A DNA stretch of 64,000 nucleotides from Tubiluchus corallicola (taxonomy: Eukaryota; Animalia; Priapulida): positions 243,803 through 307,802 of the forward strand of contig JAQGDQ010000275.1 of NCBI GenBank assembly GCA_030141605.1, in the 5' to 3' direction. The notes beneath the pieces were generated by a model that was not told the origin of the DNA, did not search any database, and worked only from the letters and a program-made list of their open reading frames with translations. The stretch's first letter is position 1, and each line of letters starts with the position of its first letter. A program made the position numbers and the translations under genes. Positions 1 to 62,591 of the stretch are shown here, piece by piece.

Positions 1-198
1 TCTTTTCTTTTTCTCTTTTCTTTTTTTTATTTCTTTTTTGTCTTTTTCTACTTTAATTATATTTTTCCCTTTCCCTTTCCATTTTCTATCCTCTTGTCTT
101 CTCTAGGCTTCTTTCTCTTTGCCCCCACCTCTGTATTCTTATCTTCTGCTTTCCTCCTCTTCTTCCTTCTTCTACTCTCTATCTGCCTTTTTTTTCTT

Positions 199-239
<41 letters not shown>

Positions 240-884
240 CTGTCTGTCTGCCTGTCTTTCTCTCTATATATCTGTCTTTCGCAGTTTTGTTCAGTTATTC
301 TCATACTGTCTCATTTTGTTTTGTTATGTACATATTATTTTCTGTTTACGAGTCTGACGTTTTATTCCGTCAATTGCGTCAGCAAATCTCATTCCAGTTC
401 CAGCTCTGAATATTCGACGCCGGCTAATCCAGCTTTGACGACAGCATCATCATTTACAAAGCAACAAATTGTCCATCAAAATAGCAAGCAGCACTGTTTG
501 ACTATGCTAATTTTATCTCTTAGCTTCTGACATTTCTAAAAAGCTGCCTTTATTGGAACTGTCTTAAACCTCGATCAATGCATGACGAAAAGTTCTCTCA
601 TGAAGGATTCAGTTTTAGACCTTCGCGAATTGTCTCTGCTTTTCCTCCAGAGAATTCAAAATCTAAACTGTCATAAATTTCTGTACTTTTAAAACGATGT
701 TTCGCAGGTTTTGTTTCTGAATAAGGCGATTGAGACCGAGACTAAGTGCAGGACAATAGGAACAGAATTAGATGTGGTGGCAATTTAGCTCAGACTGAAA
801 ATAATGCTAAGCCGAAACGAACGAAGTTAATTGTACGCTGAAATCATTGTAATTTCTAACTCAGTGGAGACGAGTACTTACAAC

Positions 885-1470
885 TTAAGGAAAAACCGGA
901 CCGAATCATAAGCTGTAGGTCAAAACAATCTACTCTATAAAATATTGAAAGGAAACATACAATTTTTCAAAAATGACTTAAGTGAAAGAATTATTACCAC
1001 AAACACAATTTCACTTTCGCGCTACTAGTTCTTCGCTGTTACATGCATTTCGCCATTTGTTAGTTAGATGGGCTCTGGGCACTAGCGCCTGCATTTCGGA
1101 AGCGCGTTGCATAAAAAAACAAATACTGCACCTTTCAGTTTAGAGGTGTTAGTTTGTGACGTACTGCACACGCTCAACAGCTCATGCGTGAGCACAGCGG
1201 TAAATTTTGAAATTGAATTTTTATCTTATAACTTGCCGAGGTTTAGTACAGTACACTGAATCTCTTACTGTAGTTTATACTGTACTTCAATTTTTGCTAT
1301 TGCAAACATGTGCAACACACTCATGGAATGTTTCTGTTATTGAAAATTATGTTCGTGATGTCATCAATAGTTGGGCTCACCCGCCTTTAATTAAGTTTTT
1401 AATCTGTTATTTAATTATCACAATTATGAATGTGCCTAAAAATGGGCTAGTCATTAACTCACCTTCCAGA
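885..1470 (+). mobile_element. Family A copy
   Basis: Shares CTGTAGGTCAAAACAATCTACTCT...GTTCTTCGCTGTTACATGCATTTCGCC. Confidence 0.8.
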
Positions 1471-2662
1471 GTTCGCTACTCATTCGCCTTAAAGCCAATT
1501 TTTATTCTTATTAACAAGATACAGTAATTTCAAATTTTGCTTTGTTAGTGACGTGTGTGCTACGAATGCTCTGATTGTTTTTTCAAACTTTACTTAGTGT
1601 TATCTGAACTTGTTTTAAATGACCTGTTGTCAAAATCGCTGCGTCTAACGGTCATCGGGGGAGTTTAAATTAACAAGTTTTATACAGCGTGACTGCCGAT
1701 TGAAGTCCTGCGTGCAAAAAGGCAGTACGTAAGTGATCTAAAATTTCAAGACGAATTTTTAAGCTTTATGTTTATGAAGGTTTTTTGTCTTTTAAACTAA
1801 GGGTCATTTCAAATGTTTTATCGTCAAAATGGCTGCGCCTCCTGCGTCATAGAGGTGCTTTATAAATGTTCAAGTTTTATACAGTGATGCTGCTAACGCA
1901 AGTTCTGTATGCAATAACACACCATGTAAGTGGCATAAAATTTCAAGACGACTTTTTTAAGTTTTATGTAAGTGAAGGTTTTTTGTGCTTTAAATTAAGG
2001 ATTATAAAACAACTGCTCTCTAAACGCAAAAAAATCAGAAGTAATGAAACAGTGTGAGATTACACAGAAACGTTACAGTAATCATGCACTGTTTCATTAC
2101 TTAATAATCCTTGCAATTTGGAAACGTTTGGAAACTACGGTAAATTCAGCACCCTGTTACACGTGGCTGTCTGGCGTTGCAATTTGTGATTTTAATGAGA
2201 TTCACGAAGAATGATTCAAAATAATCGTGTTTACATGTATGAGAAAACAGTCCAACCTTTGGAGTTAAATTAATTTCAAATATACGTGTTCGTGGTACAA
2301 GGTACTTTGACCTGCGGTCCCCACATTTGTGCCCAGAGTGGAAAACGGTAACGTGATCTCGTTGTTGACCTTTCAATCGATGACGTCATTCTACTAAACT
2401 CAGCTGTAGTGAAAGGGCTTCCTTCTTTTTATACATTATGCACACACGCGTAACTTTATCAAAGCTTTCTGAACTGAATTATTTCCACTCTCGCGGGATC
2501 TGTACACAGCAAACCGCCATGCTCACTCATCATGCGCTTTAAAAGCGTTTATTTCATTATTGCTCCACTAATTTGCCTCGCCATTCGATGATGCAAGTCA
2601 TGACGTTGGATTAGCGCTGATCTAATTACATTACTAGCGCCTGGGGGAAGCCGGATTTTTTG

Positions 2663-2663
<1 letters not shown>

Positions 2664-2726
<63 letters not shown>

Positions 2727-2984
2727 GGAGAGGAAGAGGGAGAAGAGAGATGGAGAGAGAGAGATTCGTTCATTCAAAATCTTTTCTTTTATTCGTTCAT
2801 TCAAAGTTTTATATTTATAAAATAAAATAAAATATAAGTACAGATACGATATATATATATATATACAACATAATTATATGTTGTATTATATTACGATTAT
2901 ATTACGTAATACATATAATAAGGGGAGAAAAAGGAGAGATGGAGAGAGAGAGGGGGAGAGGGGAGAGAGGGGAGGGAGAGAGAG

Positions 2985-3024
<40 letters not shown>

Positions 3025-3030
3025 AGACAG
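2664..3030. repeat. (GA)n microsatellites (two blocks)
   Basis: Direct reading. Confidence 0.95.
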
Positions 3031-4180
3031 AAAGACAAGGATAGTAAAAATCGCGTTTTCTTTTTATATTTGCATACATTGACCTACAATTTATTCATGA
3101 GTTTTAGCTGGAGCGTGCAGAATTTGCAGCCAGCGCAATTAGCTGCATGCCATGACAAGATGACCTTAATTATTGTCGCAGGCGAACTTCGTCAGTAGTG
3201 ATAATATAAAGTATGCCAAGGCTGAAGCGAATATAATTAATTTCGGCAACTGAGTTGCAATGTGACTAGGAATGTCTAACTAATAATCTGTTGCCAATTT
3301 AGAATTCTAAGACTGGCTTCTAGAATTTCTCGCGAATGTGAACTGCATCTAAAGTTATTGATAGTGCATATGCCAGAAGGATAATGGGACTCATATTTGA
3401 TGATGAGGCTATGCTACTGGGAATGCTCTGTTAGATCGTCGAAAGTAGGATAAAGTTAATATGACCAATGCACTTTTCTGGGAATGAAGAATTCAGCACT
3501 ATTATATTGGTTATAACTATCGTTTAGGACATAGCGCAGGGATAGCACCTTAAAGGACAAGAAAATGGGTACCGAAAGTTGATTATAGAAATATCGGTTT
3601 AAGAAATTATATTACTTTATAGCAATTTTATGCGTATACCGTACTCGAGTTGAAAAGATTATTTGTTTGTTTTCATTTTAAATCTCCCACAATACTGTTC
3701 CGACGGCGCCATTACATGACGTCACTTACGCAAATGTAAATCAGGGAAAGAAAAGTACATGTTAAATTATGTCCCAAAAACCTTCCATGCAAATCTATAT
3801 ACTTAGCTTTTCGCTTACCTGCTAGAAAGACTTATGTAACTAGAAAAGAAAATTGTTAATTATTTAAAATGCTTTCACCAATTGGTAAAATGTCGCTGAC
3901 TCACGCTCCAGGGTGCACCACTCACTAACCAAAAACGTATTTTTAATTGACAAAACACATTAATTTTAAATTTTACTTAATCGGTGACACTACAGTGGAA
4001 TGTGCGCTACGAATACTCTGATTATTTTTTCAAACTTTACAGAGTGTTATCTAAATTTGTTTCAAATGACCTATCGTCAGAATGGCTGCCTCTAACGGTC
4101 ATCGCGGGTGTTTAAATTTACAAGTTTTATACAGCGTTATTGCCGACGCAAGTCTAATATGCAAAAATGTATTATGTACA

Positions 4181-4310
4181 CGCGAGCTTGGTAGAGGAAC
4201 CAGTGGTACCATTTTTCAAGTTTTTGATAAAACTTAGTCAGTCAGGAGTTGAACCCAGAACCTCGCGGGTGGGAAGCGAGCATGCTACTATTAAGCTACG
4301 CGGCCCAGTG
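4181..4310 (-). mobile_element. tRNA-derived SINE fragment
   Basis: Reverse complement has an A box (GTAGCTTAATAG), a B box (GGTTCAACTCC), then AAAACTTGAAAAATGGTACC; same family as 24651-24810. Confidence 0.7.
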
Positions 4311-4358
4311 CGATGAACCTAGTTCACATCGGTTGAATCTATAATTTTTTGTAAGCAG

Positions 4359-4751
4359 CAGAGGCGTAGTCAATTTCTAAAGTTAGCGCATAAAAAAGCG
4401 CCGTGACGTTATGAAGCTATTACACATATTTGTCTAATGCACAACAGACAATATCAGACAAGAATACGTTATAATAATTAGATTTGGGGCAATTTGATCT
4501 CTGGTTCAATCAGTCAACCTTGACAAATGAGTCGCCTAAATGTACACTCTTGTAAAAAACACAGGCGACACGGTTGTGACTCCAGAAAATTCTTCCAAGG
4601 CCATGTCATTAAAAAACAAATAAAAAGATTCTACTTTTATCGTACACATTAACTAAATAATTAGAAAAATTGCTGAAAAGGCACCACTTTTGTAAAATGT
4701 GCTCGGAGGAGCAGTTGCTCCCCCATACCTCCCCTATTAGCTACGCCACTG
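4359..4751. mobile_element. hAT-type MITE
   Basis: TIRs CAGAGGCGTAG / CTACGCCACTG; perfect 8-bp TSD GTAAGCAG. Confidence 0.85.
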
Positions 4752-6852
4752 GTAAGCAGGTCTTTTTTTAAAACAAATTTAGAAGTCTATTATTGTCGCA
4801 ACGAAAAAGTTTAAAGGAAACTGCTCCAATTTTTCGTTTCTTTAAAAGACATGACCTTGTTTTTTCGCTTCTTAATAAGGAGTGGTCCCGCTTTTGCTTT
4901 TTATAAAAAGTGTTCCATTATTTCGTTTCCCAACAAGATTCCTCTTGTTTTTTCGCTTTATTTGGAAAAATGTGCTCCCATTTTTGTTTCTTTATAAGAA
5001 TGGTCCCATTTTACAAGGTTACCTAAGATCACAAGCACATCACTTAAGAATTGAGACCGGTAGATGGGCTGGCGAAGAAACCAAAGACCATGCACATGAG
5101 AAGAGACACAAACAGAAAACATGTGAAATTAGAAGAAAATATCCTAGAGTGAACTTTTCTGCACTGTCTAATATTAAGCAGAGCAACCGTGCATTTGAAA
5201 TTTGCTCTCAAGTGTTACAAACTTTTCAAAACTAACAGTGGTTTTATTAATATTTACTATTCGCTTAAAATATCAAACTAAAATGTGTAACCACTTTTTC
5301 ACCGGTATAAAGTTGGTACAACTATTTTATTTTATATACTAATAATGTTGCGGGGTTGAGCTTCGCTCTGTTTTGCGTTCAAACTTTTTCACTCACTCAA
5401 AGACACAGATATACGGGCTGTATGTTATTTGTTAGTCTTGTTAAAGTAAAATACCTCTATAAATTTTAAATGTACTAGTCTTACCTGAATGGAATTCATA
5501 AACCCCGCTTCCGTTTGGCTCTAAAGTCGAATACTCACCTGTTTTCATCTGCAAGTCTATAAATACAAGTGCCGCGTCCTGTTTCTTTGAGTTCGGTGGC
5601 TGTTGGTGTTTGTAACGCTAAACAGGACAAGCCAGCACCCTTCCTCCCTGGCCTTCCAACAGTTTCAGCGTAATGTGAAGGTGTGGTGGGCTCTCAAGGG
5701 TAGATTGGTTTTCTGTGTTTTTCATGTTTAGCCAGCTGTATGTTTCGGTTATGAGAAGCGAACTTTGTCTAACAGTAAGAAAGACAAGATGATTTTTCAT
5801 ACACTACCCCATTCTCAAATTCGATAAAAAGTATACATTTAACATCAGTAATACTGCAAAAGCGTTTCTGGTAATTAAATAATTGATTAAAAACTTAATT
5901 AACGGCGGGCGAGCCCAACTATCGATGACGTCACAAACGAACATAATTTTCAACAGTAAAAATATTCCACGAGCGCGTTGCACGTGTTTGCGAAAGCGAA
6001 AATTGAAGTACAGTGTGCAGTGTATGCAGTGTGTTGTACTAAAACTAGGCAAGCTTCAAGATAAAAATTTCATATTTGCCACTGTTATCTAGTTTTTAGA
6101 AAGTTAGTAAGTTAGCTAAATTCTTTTGGTCGGGCCTTATACCGCTCTTTTTAAGCTGGTGAATGTCTCCCAGTTGCTTGCTTTGTTAGTTCTGTTTTAG
6201 GATGTCGACTTCGAACTGAGGCCTCGCCCACCGATAGCACTTGTTCAAACCGTCCAGGGGTGATTGCTGCGACCCTGGCGGAGCGAACCCGACGGCGGCC
6301 CAATATGATCCACCTGTGATAAATTCTTGAAAAGAATAATGGACTGTAAATTTTGTTATTTTCTGCTACCCCAGTTCTTGTATCAATCATTGTATTTATA
6401 GTCAATAAACTATACTACTACTTTACGTTTCTTTGTGGTTCCCCCTTTTGTACGAACACCTCCCATTTTTGTAACCTACGGATTAATTTATGCTTTGCTT
6501 TCTACCGGATTTCGGGGCGCGTTGACACTCTCAATTAGTGTCCGGATCCATTAAAGATTTACTTGAATTAATTAGTAACAGTACACAATACGCAATAGAA
6601 AATACTTGCAAGTCACACAATAGATCGGCCAGCCTGATCTACCCCAGCTTAATGAAGCTGCTTTTAACTCTGCGTGTTTATCACACGGATTTCGCATCTA
6701 TGGGCTTCTGGATGGAGGATAATTTGTTATATAAACTTTATTTAGCTTGTTCACGTCTGAGGTTCCACCTCACGAAGGGTGACCAACAACAAACGTAGCA
6801 GTGGCGAAAAGGGGGCAGAATGTGCAGTGACATCGTTACACTTTTCTAATAT

Positions 6853-7033
6853 ACATGTGACGTCATTTTAAAACAATTTGGTTCGTGTTTTTTTATTTCT
6901 TTGGTTACGTACGTATAAATGAACTTGAGAAAGATAACACGTGAACAGAACATGTGACGTCATTTTAAAACAATTTGATTCGTGTTTTTTTTATTTCTTT
7001 CGTTACGTACGTAAATGAACTTGAGAAAGATAA
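6853..7033. repeat. Direct duplication of about 85 bp, each copy with TGACGTCA
   Basis: ACATGTGACGTCATTTTAAAACAATTTG...GAACTTGAGAAAGATAA twice. Confidence 0.9.
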
Positions 7034-7284
7034 TAAGTATAACTTATAACTATAAGTATAATAAAGATATAATCTTACTTAAGGGTAAGACACACACGCG
7101 ATTGCAGTTGGTCAACTGAGTTGACGGTGGAATCAAAGATTATGGTCGAATAAACTGCAGTTGAACAAATGATGTTGGTAGTGTGTTAAAGTTAACAAAA
7201 TGCAAAATACTTGGAATAGCCTGACTTTTAGTCTTCAGTGTTCTAGGTAAACTAATTCTTGTTTACGAACGTTTTTATTTCAGG

Positions 7285-57268
<49,984 letters not shown>

Positions 57269-57393
57269 CAAGAGCTTTCACTACAAAACTGGTTTAAATA
57301 GTCACAATTTTTGATTGAAAAATTTGAGTGTTTCTTGCAACAATGTTGGATGTTAACTTTATTTAAACATGTGTTAATTGTTCTATATTTTAA

Positions 57394-57879
57394 AGCAAAA
57401 GAAAACACTCTTCATAAATAAAGCTTAAAAAGTTTGTCTTGAAACTTTGCACCACTTACAGGCTGTCTTACTGCATACAGAGTTTGCGTCGGCAGTAACA
57501 CTGTATAAAATCTGTAAATTTAAACTCCCTCAATGATTACTAGGCACAGCCATTTTAAGGGTAAGTCGTTTGAAACAAGCTTAAATAATATTGCATAAAG
57601 TTTGAAAAAATGGCCAGAGCATTCGTAGCGCATGCTTCGCCAGCTAAGCCAAAGTTTATATTACCTTAATAAGATCAATGTGTTTTTGGTGAATCAGTGG
57701 TGCACACTGGGATGGCAATGCATGCTGTTTTACCAGGTGGCAAGAATATTTTAAATTATTCAGAATTTTCTTTTCTAGTTACATTAGTCTTTCACACAAG
57801 TAAGGGTAACACTAAGTAAGATAAGTTTGTATTGAAAGTTTTTGAGGACATACTTAAAAAAATTCCCTTTTCTGCTCCT
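57394..57879 (-). mobile_element. Family B non-autonomous DNA transposon, about 490 bp (TTAA-flanked, Kolobok-like)
   Basis: TTAA-AGCAAAAGAAAA ... TTTTCTGCTCCT-TTAA; core GTGCTACGAATGCTCTGA also near 1490-1995, 3750-4175, 22720-23170, 28610-29098, 42870-43250 and 49613-50110. Confidence 0.75.
57417..57422 (+). terminator. Candidate polyadenylation signal AATAAA
   Basis: First canonical AATAAA after the stop codon; lies inside a TTAA-flanked repeat. Confidence 0.4.
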
Positions 57880-60112
57880 TTAAGTTTCGTTATTCTTGCA
57901 GTCTTTGCATTAAGTGCCTTCTTCTAACTTCACTTGGTTATGTGTGATTTTAAATTACATGTAAAAACAGCCATTGTATTGTGTAAATCAGTGAGCTTGG
58001 CATTTTTACTTATCTGCTTTTGTACAACTGCTGTGTTATATTCTTAATAGTAAAAGGATGCAGACATGCGTTTCATTGAAATTGTGGTTCGAAGTCACTT
58101 TAAAGCATATGTAAAGCATCTTAAGCTGTATGTAAACATTGTTCAAAATCAAGTATGCACCTGTGCTAAGATCAGAAATTCACTGGGACTCTGAAGCTTT
58201 CTTGTCTGATAGTTGTGTAATGCATACAACGCGTTGATATTTAAGGCAAAACCGGACTCAATGTTAAACTGTAGGTCAAAACTATCTACTCTTTAAAATA
58301 TTGAAAGGAAAGTACTATTTTTTAAAGAATGACTTACGTAAAACTATAATTACCACACAAACGCACTTTCGCGTTCGCGCCACCAGTTCTTCACGGTTAC
58401 ACGTATTTCGTCATTCGCTAGTTAGAAGGACACTGGTCATCCTGTCTTCCTTTAGCTGAAAACTTGCTAACTTTGCAATCAGACTTGACTAAAAAGAATT
58501 GGAACATGAAAGTGGCTCCCTGTGGCGTGGTTCATCCAGTATGTTGGGTTTGTTTTACTGTTGTCACTTAAGCTTAGAAGAATATAACAAAGACATTTGC
58601 AAAAAATTTCTATAAAGCATAAATATACTGAATAGAAATTTCTATGCGTGGTGGTTGCCGCCATTCTTTTGAAATTTATGACGTAACTGGTGAACTTCGT
58701 GACTTTTCGTAAGCGCATCGTGGCGTTTCGTAAGCGCCCACTGCTTAAACTAATTCAAACTTCTGCAGCTTACCTAATATTCACGCAAATTTTTTTACAA
58801 AATCAGCTATCTAACGTTTTTGTAAAAACTTATTACACTTTTGACGAAGATTGACAGTGGTGCGCTGCTTTTCTTCGAGAGACGAATGACGTCATTGGAA
58901 GAAGAATGTGCATTGAAAACGGGAGCACCCAAGCATGAAGTGATCGCGAGTTTAAAGTGATTTTACTAATTACACGAGGCGCTTGTTGCAGTTTTATTAC
59001 AAAATCCTTCTAAGTTTTTTGTGAATACGGAAGTAAGCCTAACTTTCCAGAAGGCTTGACCTTTCCTTTAATGAGAACAGAATTTTACACTTTTCTTCTT
59101 TTTTACCATTAAGTATGTGTATGTATATGTATTCATGCATATGTGTCTATGTGCATGTGTATGTGTACCTACATCTGTCGTTACAGCTTTGCGTCACATT
59201 TTGTATTTAACGTGACCAGTATATTCTTGTATAGTCAAAAGAAAGAAAAACGAAAATATGAAAGACTAAAAAGCACGATCTGGATTTGAACCAAGAACCT
59301 TTCAGGCAAAAGTAATCAAAGGCCGCCCACTAGTAGTTCTGAAAATCAGCTTATACGTAAATGATTTACTATATTATCACTATCATTTACTTTTATTGCA
59401 TTATTTTTAGGTAAATCTTATTTCATTAATATGAAATACTTTATTACTTTCTTCCATACAATGTATTACATTTAACTCAGGGACATGTATCAGCCACAAA
59501 ATGTGTTTCCTTTGAAAAGCTCCCTTTCACGCCTGCAAGCATGCATACACAAACACGCACGAGCACATACACGCATGCACACACGCTCGCAGATACGTTA
59601 AGGTAGATCTTCTCTTAATTATTATTAATAAATTTATTTTGTAAACTAGTTACAGTTGTCTCTGTATAGTAAAACATTCTTATATTGTTTTACGTTTTGA
59701 TGTTACTATATCAAATCTGCGCTTGTAATGTATGCAACGTTTCTTACAGAGTACATATTTTTGTAAGCAATGAGGTATAGAATATGTAAAAACTGCGTTA
59801 TATTTTTTGCAAGTGCAAGCTTGTTATTAATGATTACCGCACATAGCATAAACTAAAATTTTTTGTACTGTAGTTATTTACCCCTTTCTAGTGATTCTTT
59901 GTGTTTTCATTTCTAGTTTTAAACTTTTCAAAGCCATTAGCTTATTCAGCTGCTTGCAGCCATTTTCAGAGCGAAATTTAGTTGTTCTTAACTTTTTCAA
60001 TAAATCAGCGGAAACATTTAGTTTAGTGTTTTGTGTTTTTAAAGTATGTTAGTTTTTACGAACGAAAGTGTTATTAAATTTTGAATTCTGCTTATTTGGT
60101 AGCTAATTGATA

Positions 60113-60400
60113 TTTATTCGTTCATTCGTTCGTTCATTCATTCGTTCATTCATTCGTGCATTCGTTCATTTGTTTATTAAAAAATTCATTCATTTGTTCA
60201 TTCGTTCATTCATTCCTTCGTTCGTTCGTTCGTTCGTTCCTTCATTCATTCGTTTATTTATTTATTTATTCATCTATTCAATTATTCACTCGTTTAGTTA
60301 TTCCGTTATTCATTTGTTCATTCTGTTAGTTATTCATTCATTTATTTGTTTTTTCGTTCGTTCATTCATTCATTCATTCATTAGTTAGATCATTTATTCA
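60113..60400. repeat. Degenerate (TTCA/TTCG)n repeat
   Basis: Direct reading. Confidence 0.9.
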
Positions 60401-61024
60401 TTCACTTATTGGTATTTATGATTTCATTTTATCAGCATGCTGCATATTATCAATTTGTGTTCAGAAAGTTGTAGCACTTTTGTGAGTTAATTTTGCAGTG
60501 TGTCTGTCAACAGGATGAAGCTATTACCTATGTTTCTAAACTAGTAATAGCTAAATTACATGGCGCTACAAATTGCGGCAATGTCGTTGTTATCACAAAC
60601 TTGTACAGAAAAGGTTCAATTATTTTCACAAACTCGTTCGAAAGTTACCATGAGTCAGTTTCAGATAATGTACCTGCACTCATCACTAAAATAATCATTG
60701 AATCATTGATTCGCTTTGTAGTTTCTTGGCACGGCCACACCTCGCCATCACATAGGATATCCTGTATTATCAAATATGGTAAACGTACCTATATTATGAT
60801 AATGACTACTGAGTTTACTATGTACGTCTTAACTGATGCAGTACCAGCTTGTCCAGTATATGAATAACTGCCCTGGGCTGCGTCATAGACAATGGTTGTG
60901 GCGACATATAATAGAGGCACTTTCTATTAGTTCTGGAACTTTTGCGCTGAAAATCAAAACGTTGTGGTGACAGTGTGCTTTTGAAAAGTCAAAACGGCGA
61001 ACACAAAAATGTAAGTAGCAGTTT

Positions 61025-61378
<354 letters not shown>

Positions 61379-61589
61379 TTGTTGACCATATAATTAATAT
61401 TTACAATCTTTAGCAGGGATAGCAAAATTGAAACATTGCATAGTCCAAAACTTTCTACTTATAATACGAAAGTTAAAGAGTTTAGAATAACGTACTCAAG
61501 TTCACAATATACTTAATTTACTATCAGTAAAAAATACGATGACTGAGCTGGGCTTACAGAATTTTTACGAACGTCTGATTGATTTACAG

Positions 61590-61734
61590 GAAAAGAGAAA
61601 TACTGGGATTTACGATCGTTCTGGTCTCCAGTTTTATTGTTCCTACGAAAAATCAAGAGAATTTTGAGGAAAAGGGAGTCATGTGGGAACGATCCGGTCA
61701 TTTTGAAGGCGACATTATCTTGCCCAATAAAACT
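61590..61734 (+). CDS. Probable astacin-family (M12A) metalloprotease, signal/propeptide exon; gene continues beyond the window
   Basis: tttacag|G KREILGFTIVLVSSFIVPTKNQENFEEKGVMWERSGHFEGDIILPNKT |gtaagt; hydrophobic N-terminus and the FEGDI propeptide motif. The upstream donor at 61011 would supply the AT of the ATG. Confidence 0.6.
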
Positions 61735-62094
61735 GTAAGTACTGCCTATCATTAATAATACGTTACATGTGTAGGCTGTTCGAAGTTTTATTCTTATAAT
61801 GTATATTTAGCAGTTGAAGTGAAGTAACGCTAGCTCTGGTTGGTAAGTGAATGGGTGAATCACCAAGAAAATTAAATTTTGGGCGGATTCATCTGCAAAA
61901 CTCAACCCATAGGGAACAGAAAGAACAAGTAACTGAGCAGAAGGATTAATTACGTCAAAGCTTTGCACACACTATATCGAATCTATTTTCTCTTTAAAAT
62001 TTCGTATAAAAAGCCTTGGTACGTTTTACAAAGCCTGCAATCTTGAAGGGTCTGATTGGAGCAGTGACCCACAGAATTCATTATCGTCCAACAC

Positions 62095-62591
62095 TAGTGG
62101 CGACTCGTAGCTAAAATTGCTGGGGGCGTTGCTTCAGAAAATATTAAGCCTTTGTTTTAATAAACGAAACGAACATGTAATTTTAATATTGTAGTTGTAA
62201 TTATAAACAAACAAACATATGAAAGTTCATACATAAACTTGATAAAATCCTAAACAAAAATATTTTTTACTTACTAATAGCCTAAAATGTCGCAATTCAA
62301 GCTTGATCCATTCTCGGTAAGCACGTCACAACTGACAACAAACTGTGTGAGCGACAGTACTTTCTCTACCTGGACTCAGACGCATGCACACAGCACCCAA
62401 GCACTGCGTTGTTAGAGTGCACTGTGCTGGGCTGTGAAGCAAACAGTACTACCCTCACGTACTTTGGTTCCATACAAGTATAAAGAAAGAACTAAAGAAA
62501 AAAGACCAATTATATTGAATATTATCGATAATATTGAGTCGAAATAGCGGATGCTTGCAGTTCCACAGTACCTATACACGAGCCACCACTA
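62095..62591. mobile_element. hAT-type MITE
   Basis: TIRs TAGTGGCGACTCGT / ACGAGCCACCACTA; TSD TCCAACAC / GCCAACAC; mirror copy starts at 63817. Confidence 0.8.

Noticed and set aside
2300-2660. Candidate promoter or non-coding first exon of the alpha2delta gene
   Set aside because: An upstream exon is implied by the acceptor at 7283, but I found no convincing donor or start site to locate it.
5025-5075. HHLRIETGRW, resembling the C-terminal motif of L2/Crack/Daphne LINE ORF2
   Set aside because: Too short to call a feature; at most a tiny LINE relic.
60493-60867. 124-aa non-repetitive ORF preceded by an acceptor-like TTTTGCAG
   Set aside because: No recognisable motif and no partner exon; the alpha2delta gene already ends properly at 57268. 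It cannot be excluded without RNA data.
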